Source: a virus
Taxonomy: Duplodnaviria > Caudoviricetes
DNA: 64,000 bases
Virus record (IMG/VR): IMGVR_UViG_3300049573_000219
Location: 32,001-96,000 of that record
Reading direction: 5' to 3' (one strand)
Under the pieces are notes generated by a model. That model did not search any database and was not told the origin of the DNA. It was given only the letters and a program-made list of their open reading frames with translations. The position numbers and the translations under genes are program-made. Shown piece by piece: positions 54,960 through 63,475 of this stretch (its first letter is position 1; every line of letters starts with the position of its first letter).

Positions 54960-56050
54960 TTTCCGAACCTCCGTGCGGAGGGCGAAACGGACAGAATTCA
55001 CCCGTCATAGGTTGCACGGCCCTTTACCGTTGCCTAAGCGGACGCGAATTATGTTGTCCGTTCGTGCTCACCGCACGGTAAGCACATTGGGAGCGGACCG
55101 CGTATCGTCGCGTGCGCGCCGTTTCCGGTGCGTCCCGCGCGTCACGTCGTTGTGTCCGCTCCCCGCCGGGGGACGAATGCACGAACATCCGTCCCCCTTG
55201 TCTTGCAACACATGTGCGGAGCGCTACGCGACTACCGCACGTCACGGGCAAGGGTTCCGACACCCCCGGTATCCCGCCATTCGGTCGCACGTCACCCGAC
55301 GGTTTCCCGTCCGTCGAGAGTGCGTGATCATTCCGCGCCCGTTTCCGCGCGGTGCGTTGTTCCGATAGGTCACACCGTCAAACCGGCCAATCGGGGAGTG
55401 TCCCGGATTGGTTCTGACGCTCCGGCCCCGCATTGAATCGGGACCCACACGCGTCTTACGTGATTCGGCCGGGGGTTATCGCGCTTGCACTGTCCGGACC
55501 GGCTGACTACCTGACATCCCGTCGGTAGTGCTTCGCAACCTCAGTTTTCGCGGTATTCCCGTTCCCCCGTGCGCTTAGGTTGCGCCTGTAAGGGGACCGA
55601 CTAGTGACCGGTAATCGCTGGTGGGTCAAGACAGACAGCACAAGGGTTTGAATCGCTCGCCCCGTTGTGGCCTATCGGGTGCCGTTTTTTCCGGGTGCCG
55701 TCCCAAACATCAGAACGACCGGCTACCGCTTGCGCCCGCGCTCCCTTCCCAGGGTTGCCGCGCTAGGCTCCGAAAATCTCAAAGAACCGCATCGCGGGAG
55801 TGTGACCGTTACGGCTGGCCACCGTTCCCGTTCCGCCGCATCGCGCCCGTTCGTGCTGGCCGCTGTCCCGCCCGACGTCGCCGGTTGCCCGTGCGTCAGT
55901 GCTTCGGATGCGCGCTCCCCGGTCACCCCCCGCGCTAAGCGGAGGAACACCCGGGGGCGTGTGTCCGGGGATGGAACCCGGACGCTTGCACTCGCCCCGC
56001 GCCGCGTCCCGCCGGAGCGGGCGCCGCGTCGTGGCGACACCCAGATCAGA
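54960..56050. ncRNA. Candidate large structured non-coding RNA (strand unresolved; G-U pattern favours +)
   Basis: No credible ORF; many nested long-range helices found by eye. Confidence 0.5.
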
Positions 56051-56115
56051 CCAGATTCATGGCTGCCATTGCAAGTGTGTGGTTGCTGACACGGCATCAG
56101 GTGATCAAGGAACAT

Positions 56116-56840
56116 GCAGGTCAGAGCGCTACCGGAGTTCACGACGGTGTGAGTGTGACGCAGCTCACAATGTGCTCTGACCTGCGGAAACGACGAGTTC
56201 AAGATTTTTCTCAAAAAAGTCTCTGTCACCTCTTGTACCTGCGACGATGCGACAGACGAATCTGTTTGTGCAGGTCAGAGGCATGGAGAACGTACCGGAC
56301 TACACGACACGAAACGGACATGTAACTCATATGGATCAGAAATTTACAGTGAGCAAACGCCAGAGCAAATCGGTAGGTGTAGCAAGCATCGATGGTCAAA
56401 CTAGGACAGACCAGTACCAAATTTCATGATCGGGGAAGGTTCCGAGTACGAGAAAGGCAGGGGAATGTGTGGGCATAGCTCCCACATGTCCGGTTCATAC
56501 ACGTACGCGCACGTCAGCGCTGCGACCTGCGACGTATATACAGAGAGTGAGAAGCAAGTAGATGTCAACCACTCTTAGTTACTTATGTGAGCGGGAGCGC
56601 TCCGCTTTGTCGCACTCGAAACCGGTACAACGGTTTGTTGAAATCGCAGGTCAGAGCGGGTGTCCCAGATGTCGGAATTTGCAGCGACAGGGTGTCTGAC
56701 CTGCGGAAACGTGATGTTCGGCGCAGCGTGCGCGCGTCTCCCGGACGTCCTCACAGTGCACGGTGTGTGTAGCTATGTCCGATTGTGGGGTGAATGGTTG
56801 GGTGTGGGAGGAATGTGAAGGCAGGGGGTGTGACCTGCAC
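56116..56840. repeat. Dispersed and inverted (GC)TCTGACCTGC repeats
   Basis: 56116-56127, 56174-56185, 56270-56280, 56646-56657, 56695-56704, partial at 56831. Confidence 0.75.
56154..56169. promoter_or_regulatory. CRP/GlxR-type box TGTGA-N6-TCACA
   Basis: TGTGAcgcagcTCACA is a perfect consensus match. Confidence 0.45.
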
Positions 56841-57640
56841 GAATGAGCACACGTGAGCGCATGTGAGCAACGGGGAGCGGGAGCACGTGAGCACGCACGG
56901 GAGCGCACGGAACGGGGGAGCGGTGCGGGAGTGCGGGAACGTGCGTGTTCGCCCCGTAGGGACGCGCGCACGCTGTCTGTCGCGCACGGTTCGGGAGTCT
57001 CGCCACTCACCCGGTACGGGAGCACGTGAGCACGTGAGGGAACGGGAGTGCGCGCGGTGCGGGTTGCTCGGGTGCGGGAGTGGTGCGCGCCATGGGTGAG
57101 CACGTGAACGGGTGCGGTGCGGGAGCGGGAAGCAAGGGGAATGCAACGCACTCGAATGCAAGGGAATTCCGCGCACTCGGTTTCCGATATTCGCATTACT
57201 TGTTTCGCCTATTCACACCACACATACACACACGAGAAAACACAAGGAATGCAAGCAAGTGCGGAGGAAAGCAAGCGAGGAAAGCACGGGGAATAGGTCT
57301 CGATTCTGTGCCAGTCATTCGCGTTTCTCGTGTGTGCCATTCGCAGCAATCGCAGGAATGCACGGAACATGAATGCAAGGGGAATGCAGCGGAAGAAAGC
57401 ACGGGGAATCGAGCGGGAAAGTCAGCAGGTATTCAGCAGCAATCAAAGGAATACCCACTAGCTCTATATCTCACGTCAATGCACACACACATACACACAC
57501 AATGCAAAGGGATATGCACTGGAATGCAAGCGGGTGCGAGTGCGAGCGATGCCAGAGAAAATCAGCGGAGAAATTCGGAGGAAATTCGACAGGAATTCTG
57601 TCACGGCAGAAAACCAATTGCGGAATTGAATTTGAATTTG
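56820..57640 (+). repeat. Low-complexity, strand-biased repeat tract (GAGCACGT/CGGGAG, then 9x AATGCA, then GAATT)
   Basis: Read directly; purine-rich + strand; no coding bias. Confidence 0.75.
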
Positions 57641-57683
57641 GGTCCCGGGTTTAGGTCGTCTATCCGTTAGAACCTTTTGGCCT

Positions 57684-57854
57684 TCAGCCGTTTCGTCCGT
57701 TTCCCTTGAGCCAGCTCCGGTGTGTTCCGATCACACACTCCATCGAGCAGAACGGCTCTCCGGTCACCGTCCAGTACACGGGTCCCTCGCCGGTCGCGTC
57801 ATCCTCTTCGGGGATCGCGTCGCCGCACCTGGGGCATTCAGTAGTAGTACTCAT
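57684..57854 (-). CDS. 56-aa Zn-finger protein (CPRC...FCSMEC)
   Basis: Manual translation MSTTTECPRCGDAIPEE...; TRASH/FCS-like motif; below the ORF-track length cutoff. Confidence 0.6.
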   Translation of the reverse strand: MSTTTECPRCGDAIPEEDDATGEGPVYWTVTGEPFCSMECVIGTHRSWLKGNGRNG

Positions 57855-57956
57855 CGCACATCCCCAGTTTTCTCAGGAGCCAGTGCAGCGGTGATCTCAG
57901 CCGCAGGCAGTTCGGGCACACGAGCGCATTCCCCAGAAACCTCTTCACGCGCTCTT

Positions 57957-58283
57957 TCACCTGCACTCGTTCAGCGCGTAGGGGATCATCGCCGCCGCCT
58001 CCTGCTGCGAGAACCCGGCATCCTCGATCGCGTTCAGCATCCCCTTGTAGTCCTTCACGTCCCCGGTGGAGTAGCCGCCCACCTCACCCTCCCCCGGGAG
58101 CGGCCCGGAAGCCGCCGTGCACACAGCCTCCTGCTCCTCACCGGTCATGCTGCTCCAGCGCTTCTCCACCGAGGGGAGGTCCGCCGTCGCGGTCACCGCG
58201 CCCCTCTCGGGTTCCCCGGTGTCCGATCCGCAGCCTGCGAGGGCCAGCAGGAGTGCCGGTACGGCCAGAACGGACCTCTTCAT
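57957..58283 (-). CDS. Lipoprotein
   Basis: MKRSVLAVPALLLALAG-C lipobox; GAGGAG SD. Confidence 0.8.
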   Translation of the reverse strand: MKRSVLAVPALLLALAGCGSDTGEPERGAVTATADLPSVEKRWSSMTGEEQEAVCTAASGPLPGEGEVGGYSTGDVKDYKGMLNAIEDAGFSQQEAAAMIPYALNECR

Positions 58284-58455
58284 GGGGTGCTCCTCGCTCG
58301 GGAAAACCATCCGGGATACCTGGAATCGTAAATCCTGACCCTGGAAAAATCTCGCCGCCCCATCCCTATGGGGCCGAACACCAGTTCGACACCTGCCCCG
58401 GGAACACCGCTCCGACGGTGCTGTCCGCTGCCCCGAACCGGGGAGCCCGGAGAGC

Positions 58456-58770
58456 CTAGGAGCCTTCGCAGCGCTCGGGTGTCTCCAGCGGGGAGGGCCC
58501 GGTGCCCAGGAAGCCGATGCCTGCGCCGCAGGTGTAGACGACGTCGATGTCCGAGCCCTCGCGGCCCGGCAGGGCCAGCCGGGTGTTCACCGCCTCGGCG
58601 GCCGTCAGGCGCAGCTCCTGGTCGTGCGAGTCGAGGAAGCCGCCCCAGACGTAGAGGCCCCTGCTGGCCGAGGAGTCGATGAACGCCGTCACGCCGACGG
58701 TCAGGCTGTCGAGGGTGAGCACCGCAGGTCCCACGTAGAAGTCCATCGCCACGTCTCGATCATGCACCAC
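58456..58770 (-). CDS. DUF4873-like hypothetical protein
   Basis: YVGPAVL...WGGFL...FLGTGPSP; start may be 58746. Confidence 0.6.
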   Translation of the reverse strand: MVHDRDVAMDFYVGPAVLTLDSLTVGVTAFIDSSASRGLYVWGGFLDSHDQELRLTAAEAVNTRLALPGREGSDIDVVYTCGAGIGFLGTGPSPLETPERCEGS

Positions 58771-58771
58771 A

Positions 58772-58813
58772 CCTTGCGCCTTCCCTCGCGGACTCAGGAG
58801 GAAAGGCGCAAGG
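58772..58813 (-). terminator. Stem-loop
   Basis: CCTTGCGCCTT...AAGGCGCAAGG. Confidence 0.5.
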
Positions 58814-58844
58814 CTTTCACAGTGCCGCTTCGGACCAGAGGCAC

Positions 58845-59159
58845 TTATTCGGTTGTTCCGGTCTTCTTGCCGCCCGGGTCCGGGATCATGCGGATCTGCC
58901 CCGGCGCCCGGCCGAGACCGGCGATCCTCACGACGGGGGACTCCAGGTTCGTGCGGCGCGGGGAGAACGCGTGCGGGTTCTCCGTGTCGAAGGTCAGGAA
59001 GCGCTCGTTGTGGTGCGCATCCATGACCAGCTCGGCGCCCGCAGTCGACCGCATCGTCAGAAAGCCGCCCCAGAAGCCGGACTCCTCCAGCAGGTGCGCC
59101 TTCGCGTTCAGCAAGGCGTCGCCAGCGACGACCAGCACCTCACCCTCGTAGATCCTCAC
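58845..59159 (-). CDS. DUF4873-like hypothetical protein (paralog of 58456-58770)
   Basis: YEGEVLV...WGGFL...IAGLGRAP. Confidence 0.6.
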   Translation of the reverse strand: MRIYEGEVLVVAGDALLNAKAHLLEESGFWGGFLTMRSTAGAELVMDAHHNERFLTFDTENPHAFSPRRTNLESPVVRIAGLGRAPGQIRMIPDPGGKKTGTTE

Positions 59160-59293
59160 AGGTCCCCCAGGGTTTCCCTGCGGTAGCGCGCCCGCTCGTG
59201 AGCGCGGATGGCCTTCTCGCTGAGCAGCGAGGAAACGACGCCGGATGCCGCGCCGATCGCGCAGGCCAGCAGCAGGAGCAGCCAGGGACTCAC
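59156..59293 (-). CDS. Small membrane protein
   Basis: MSPWLLLLLACAIGAASG; GTGA coupling. Confidence 0.55.
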   Translation of the reverse strand: MSPWLLLLLACAIGAASGVVSSLLSEKAIRAHERARYRRETLGDL

Positions 59294-60072
59294 ACCTTCC
59301 TCCAGCCCGGGATCCACTCGCCCGCGTCGTTGACCTCGTAGTCGCCGAACAGCAGCGGGCACTCCTGGCGCATGATCCGGCCGATCTGGTCGAAGACGAT
59401 CCTGATCTCCTCCTCGGCCCCGGCCGCCGTGCGGGTCTCGATGGTGTGCCGCAGGGTGCGGATGTTCGCGCTCCAGACCATGCCGGTGGCCACACCCTCC
59501 GGTGCGAACCGGCGCATGAAGGAGGTCTTCGCCTTCTTCTCGGCGAACGGAACGCCGGGCTCGTCGAGACCGAAACGTCCGGCCATCCAGTTCTGGAACT
59601 GCTCCATTTCGGCCAGCAGGCCCATCGCGCGGTGCATCAGCTCGTCGTCCTCATGCGCCCACTCGGGGAACCAGAACGGGATGTCGTCCAGACGCACGAA
59701 GCGCAGGGACTCCTGGGAGATGGCCGTGCCGACGCGGTGCCGCACCTGCTCGTGCGTGAAGACCCTCGACACGTGATGCAGGGCGAAGGTGAACTGCGCA
59801 TGCTCCAGGACCGAGCCGTGCCGGGAGGCCAGCAGGTTCTCCATGTACTTCGCCTGGTCGGTCCGGATCCTCGTCACGTTCGGGTTCAGCCCGGGTTCCC
59901 AGCTCCGGTAACAGAACCGCCCCGCGAACTCGACCAGGTTCTGCGGATCGTCGTCCTCGTCGATCCGCTCCAGCCAGCTCTCGCCGCCGACGTCCTTCAG
60001 GTACTGCTCGATCGCCTCGTAGTCCAGGGCCGGTGCGCTCACCAGGAACACCTTGGGCTCCACGTCCTGCAC
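59290..60072 (-). CDS. thyX: FAD-dependent thymidylate synthase
   Basis: HGSVLEH, SRVFTHEQVRHRVGTAISQESLRFV, NIRTLRH, EEEIR. Confidence 0.95.
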   Translation of the reverse strand: MQDVEPKVFLVSAPALDYEAIEQYLKDVGGESWLERIDEDDDPQNLVEFAGRFCYRSWEPGLNPNVTRIRTDQAKYMENLLASRHGSVLEHAQFTFALHHVSRVFTHEQVRHRVGTAISQESLRFVRLDDIPFWFPEWAHEDDELMHRAMGLLAEMEQFQNWMAGRFGLDEPGVPFAEKKAKTSFMRRFAPEGVATGMVWSANIRTLRHTIETRTAAGAEEEIRIVFDQIGRIMRQECPLLFGDYEVNDAGEWIPGWRKV

Positions 60073-60162
60073 GTCTTCTCCTCCTGCCGTCCCGCCCGGT
60101 TCTGTCCGGGCGGTGGAACGCGTACACTTCCATCCTCTCATCCGGCAGGAAACCGTACGTTC

Positions 60163-60885
60163 TCAGTGAGAGGTTTTCACGCCCCACACCATGACGTTCG
60201 TCAGTGCCGGAGTCGCCGCGACGGGGTCGCTGCGCCAGTCCTCCAGGTCGGCCTGCTCGATCTGCGGCCACGGGGCGCCCGCACGCAGGGCCGCTTCCAG
60301 CAGGTCATGGAAGGGCCTGACGGAGGGAAGCTCGTGGCGGACCCCCACATGGAGCAGCCCATGGCGCACCAGACGGCCCGGGAGGGCCACGGAGAGGGCG
60401 ACGTCCAGACGGTCGCAGACGGCCTCCGAGACGGCCTGGTAGGGGCCGCGCGGGAGGTTGCGGGCCGGGTAGTCGTCGGGTGCTTCCAGCAGGAGCACGC
60501 CGCCGGGCCGCAGCCAGCGCACTAGGTTGGGCACCACGCTCCCGGCGAAACCGGTCCAGCGGGCGTGCACCAGGCCGAAACGTCCGGGGGGGAAGACCAG
60601 GGGGTCCTCCGGACCGGCCACGCGTACCTCGACGCCCTCCTCGCGCACCCCGTTGAAGGGATCGCCGAAAGGGTCGCGGTCGGCCAGGATGGTCCTTCCG
60701 TACATACTCAGGGTCCGGGCCGCGCCGGGCGCCCCGAAGGTGAGGTAAGGGGACTCGGGGGCGAAGTAGTCCATCAGGTGGTCGATGACGGGCGCGGTCG
60801 CCTCGTCGAGCGCTGCGGAGAGCGCGGCGGAGTCGAAAGTCTTCACATCCTGCGGGTGCCCGGTCTGCGCTGCGTCGCCCATCAC
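60163..60885 (-). CDS. Class I SAM methyltransferase-fold protein (motif I degenerate)
   Basis: FGLVHAR...LVRWLRPGGVLLLE. Confidence 0.6.
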   Translation of the reverse strand: MMGDAAQTGHPQDVKTFDSAALSAALDEATAPVIDHLMDYFAPESPYLTFGAPGAARTLSMYGRTILADRDPFGDPFNGVREEGVEVRVAGPEDPLVFPPGRFGLVHARWTGFAGSVVPNLVRWLRPGGVLLLEAPDDYPARNLPRGPYQAVSEAVCDRLDVALSVALPGRLVRHGLLHVGVRHELPSVRPFHDLLEAALRAGAPWPQIEQADLEDWRSDPVAATPALTNVMVWGVKTSH

Positions 60886-60935
60886 GGAAAGCCTCTTCTC
60901 TGGAGACGGATCTCGACCGGCCTTAGACTGCCGAC

Positions 60936-61835
60936 ATGATCTGCACTTTCATTCCCCCGCACATGTCGAAGAAAGTAGCCGAGACCGACAAGTCTTTCAG
61001 GTCCGGCATCAAGGTCGACACCACGCTGCGGGCGGCGCGCGAGAGCGCCGTCCCTCCGGCCGGTCCGATCCGCGTCTACACCGCCGCCAACAGGACCGCC
61101 ATTCCGGGCTCACTCGTCCAGCACGGAGACGACGAGGCAGCCGAACGCATCCGTGGCTACTCCTACCTGATGCAGCAGCTCTTCGGCACCGACGAGTTCC
61201 CCGACGGAGTCGTGCACTACGGCCGTGGCTACGCCAACGCCTTCTTCAACGGCTCCTACCTGGTCTTCGGCGAAGGCGACGGGGAGATCTTCGGGGACTT
61301 CACGAGCGCCCTGGACATCACCGCCCACGAACTGGGGCACGCCTTCGTGTCGCTGGGCCCGAAGCTGATCTACTCAGGCGAGCACGGGGCGCTCAACGAG
61401 CACCTGGCCGACGTCTTCGGCGTGACCGTCCAGCAGTGGGCCAAGGACGACCCGAAGGACTGGCGGATCGGCGAGGAGATCCTGCTCGACGGAGCCTCTG
61501 CGGTCCGGCACATGCTGAACCCGGGCACCGCCTACGACAACGACGTGCTCGGGCGCGACCCGCAGCCCGGCCACATGGACCAGTACAAGAAGATCCGGGC
61601 CGACAACGGCGGCGTGCACATCAACTCCGGCATTCCGAACCGGGCCTTCGCACTGCTCTGCGAGATCACCGGGGAACCGAGCTGGGGGCGCCCGCTGGCC
61701 ATGTGGCGGCGCTCGATGGAAGACCTCGGTCCGCGATCGACCTTCCGCGAACTGGCGCAGGCGACCTGGCGGCACTCGGGCGGCCTGAACCCCGCCGTCA
61801 AGGAGGCGTGGGCCGGGGTCGGCATCTCGATCTGA
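60936..61835 (+). CDS. M4 (thermolysin-family) metalloprotease, protealysin-like
   Basis: CTFIPPH propeptide, NAFFNG, HELGH, GALNEHLAD, DNGGVHINSGIPN; no signal peptide. Confidence 0.92.
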   Translation: MICTFIPPHMSKKVAETDKSFRSGIKVDTTLRAARESAVPPAGPIRVYTAANRTAIPGSLVQHGDDEAAERIRGYSYLMQQLFGTDEFPDGVVHYGRGYANAFFNGSYLVFGEGDGEIFGDFTSALDITAHELGHAFVSLGPKLIYSGEHGALNEHLADVFGVTVQQWAKDDPKDWRIGEEILLDGASAVRHMLNPGTAYDNDVLGRDPQPGHMDQYKKIRADNGGVHINSGIPNRAFALLCEITGEPSWGRPLAMWRRSMEDLGPRSTFRELAQATWRHSGGLNPAVKEAWAGVGISI

Positions 61836-61914
61836 CCGGTCCGGTTTCCCGGGGCCGGACCGAACAACTTCCGTTGGCGCGTGGAACGGCGCGGCAACAG
61901 GACGGGGCGTTGCG

Positions 61915-62196
61915 TTGCAGTGGTGGAGCTGGGTGCTGACGGCCGTCGGCGTCTTCGGCCTGTGGCTGGCCGGAAGGAAGAGCCCCTGGGGATGGGCGGT
62001 GGGCCTGGGGGCGCAGATGCTGTGGCTGGCGTACGCCGTCAGCACGGACCAGTACGGCTTCATCGTCTCGGCCGGTGCGTACTTCTGGGTGTACCTCAAG
62101 AACTTCCGCGCGTGGCGGAAGCCGGTTTCTCCTGAATCCGGGGAAGTCCGTGATGGGCTGGATCCATGCCGGAAACCCGAGAGATCATCATCGTGA
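61915..62196 (+). CDS. PnuC-like 3-TM membrane protein
   Basis: Trp-rich helices; GLWLAGRK..WGW...LWLAYA. Confidence 0.6.
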   Translation: MQWWSWVLTAVGVFGLWLAGRKSPWGWAVGLGAQMLWLAYAVSTDQYGFIVSAGAYFWVYLKNFRAWRKPVSPESGEVRDGLDPCRKPERSSS

Positions 62197-62312
62197 TGGA
62201 CCTGGAGAAGGAGGCCGTCAGGCTCTGGTTCGAGAAGATCCTCAGCCAGGCCAGGCACCCTCAGTACCGAGGCGGCATCCGGATCATCGGACCCGTCGAA
62301 GCCGAGGAGTAG
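62166..62312 (+). CDS. Small hypothetical protein (48 aa, MPETREIIIV...)
   Basis: Manual translation; GC3 bias. Confidence 0.5.
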   Translation: MPETREIIIVMDLEKEAVRLWFEKILSQARHPQYRGGIRIIGPVEAEE

Positions 62313-62355
62313 CGCCCCGGGCAGGGCGTTCATCAGACGTTCAGGGGATGAGGGT

Positions 62356-62940
62356 ATGAGCCAGCACGACTCGCTCGCGCAGGTGATGGTGGACTATGCC
62401 GCCCAGGGCATGACGCTCGCGCAGATCGCCGCCCGGACCGGGATGGAGATCGAGGCCGTCCATGAGCGGATGAACGCCTTCCTGGAGAACCAGGCGACGA
62501 GCATGTCCATCGTGCAGATGCGCATGCTTCAGCTCGCCCGCCTGGAGAGGATTCTGGGCGCCCTGTGGGAGCAGGTGATGGCCGGAGACCTGCTCACCCA
62601 GGGGCGCAACGCCAAGAACCTGATCGAGACGGTCCGCGAGATCACCGAACTGATGGACCTGAAGAAGGACCGGCTGCGCGATGAGCAGATCCGGCTGACC
62701 CAGGCGCAGACGCAGCTCGTCACCACGGCGATCGAGGCCATCCAGGTGGGCATGCTGGAGAAGGTGGTCGAGCTGCTGCCCGAGGAGTCGCGCGAGGCCG
62801 TCGAGCAGATGTGGGGCGAGGTCTTCCCTGCCATGGCGGCCGACGCCATCGCCAGGAACAAGGCCGCCATCGTGAAGATGGGGGGCTCCTCCACGGATGG
62901 GCCGGTCGAGCTGGAGCCCGTCATGGAGGAGTTCGACTGA
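62356..62940 (+). CDS. Probable terminase small subunit (N-terminal HTH)
   Basis: GMTLAQIAARTG...QLARLERILGALWEQVMAGD pattern of actinophage TerS-like proteins. Confidence 0.55.
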   Translation: MSQHDSLAQVMVDYAAQGMTLAQIAARTGMEIEAVHERMNAFLENQATSMSIVQMRMLQLARLERILGALWEQVMAGDLLTQGRNAKNLIETVREITELMDLKKDRLRDEQIRLTQAQTQLVTTAIEAIQVGMLEKVVELLPEESREAVEQMWGEVFPAMAADAIARNKAAIVKMGGSSTDGPVELEPVMEEFD

Positions 62941-63308
62941 TGCCCCTCGACCCTTACGTGCGGCACTGGACGCAGGATCCGGAGGGCGGCGGCGTCTTCA
63001 CCGGGCAGCGCGACCTGATTCTCAAGCACGACCAGGACTGCCCGTCACTGAAGGACGCGTGGCTGCCGCGCCGGAAGGGGGTGTCGTGCCCCAGCGATCT
63101 GATGGAGTGCGAGCTGTGCGGGATCACGTTCTTCTGGGAGGGGCTGACCGGTCTCTACGACGACTGCCCGGAGTCGTTCTGGTACTTCTGCCGGTGCTGC
63201 GCGAAGAGGACGACCGCATGCCCCTGCTGCGGCGACTGCGTCAAGGAGCCGAACGGCGCGGGAGGCGGCGACGCGGAAGCGGCTCGCCGGACTCCAGGCG
63301 CCTCTTGA
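62940..63308 (+). CDS. Cys-rich Zn-binding protein
   Basis: TGATG coupling; CELC, CRCC, CPCC..C. Confidence 0.6.
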   Translation: MPLDPYVRHWTQDPEGGGVFTGQRDLILKHDQDCPSLKDAWLPRRKGVSCPSDLMECELCGITFFWEGLTGLYDDCPESFWYFCRCCAKRTTACPCCGDCVKEPNGAGGGDAEAARRTPGAS

Positions 63309-63417
63309 GCGCGAGACCGAAGCCCTGCCACAGTTCCCAGCACTTGCAGAACTGGCCGTGTCCCTGTCGGTAGTGCCGGGATTTCAGGCGCATCTGCTTG
63401 CGGTACCGCTTGTTCAC
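63241..63417 (-). CDS. Possible small basic protein
   Basis: AAGGAGGAG SD before GTG; overlaps the convergent gene. Confidence 0.35.
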   Translation of the reverse strand: MNKRYRKQMRLKSRHYRQGHGQFCKCWELWQGFGLALKRRLESGEPLPRRRLPRRSAP

Positions 63418-63475
63418 GACTCTCCTCCTTCGTTGGGGTCTGCTCGATTTGACGGCCCTCGGGTACCATCTTCCC

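Noticed and set aside
52708-55368. 886-aa + strand ORF and the many other long antisense/overlapping ORFs in the track
   Set aside because: Shadow ORFs of GC-rich coding strands: Arg/Pro/Gly-rich, no SD, overlapping better-supported genes
55794-55828. Group II intron domain V-like hairpin on the - strand (AGCCGUA...UGCGGUUC)
   Set aside because: Stem, bulge and loop geometry are non-canonical; no GUGYG 5' end at a suitable distance, no domain VI, no RT gene
56820-57640. CRISPR-like array
   Set aside because: Repeats are 6-8 nt, irregularly spaced, without unique spacers or cas genes
55024-57670. Short ORFs on both strands in the non-coding region
   Set aside because: No GC3 bias or SD; translations mirror low-complexity DNA
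52270-57800. Restriction-site avoidance in first-injected DNA (CCWGG looks scarce)
   Set aside because: At least one site is present (55749) and I cannot count k-mers reliably by eye; needs a sliding-window k-mer analysis
58350-58410. tRNA-like GTTCGA with a nearby hairpin
   Set aside because: Cannot build a cloverleaf; no matching acceptor stem
62166-62312. Emfourin inhibitor downstream of the protease
   Set aside because: Too short, lacks the GG(F/I)AG motif, and is not adjacent
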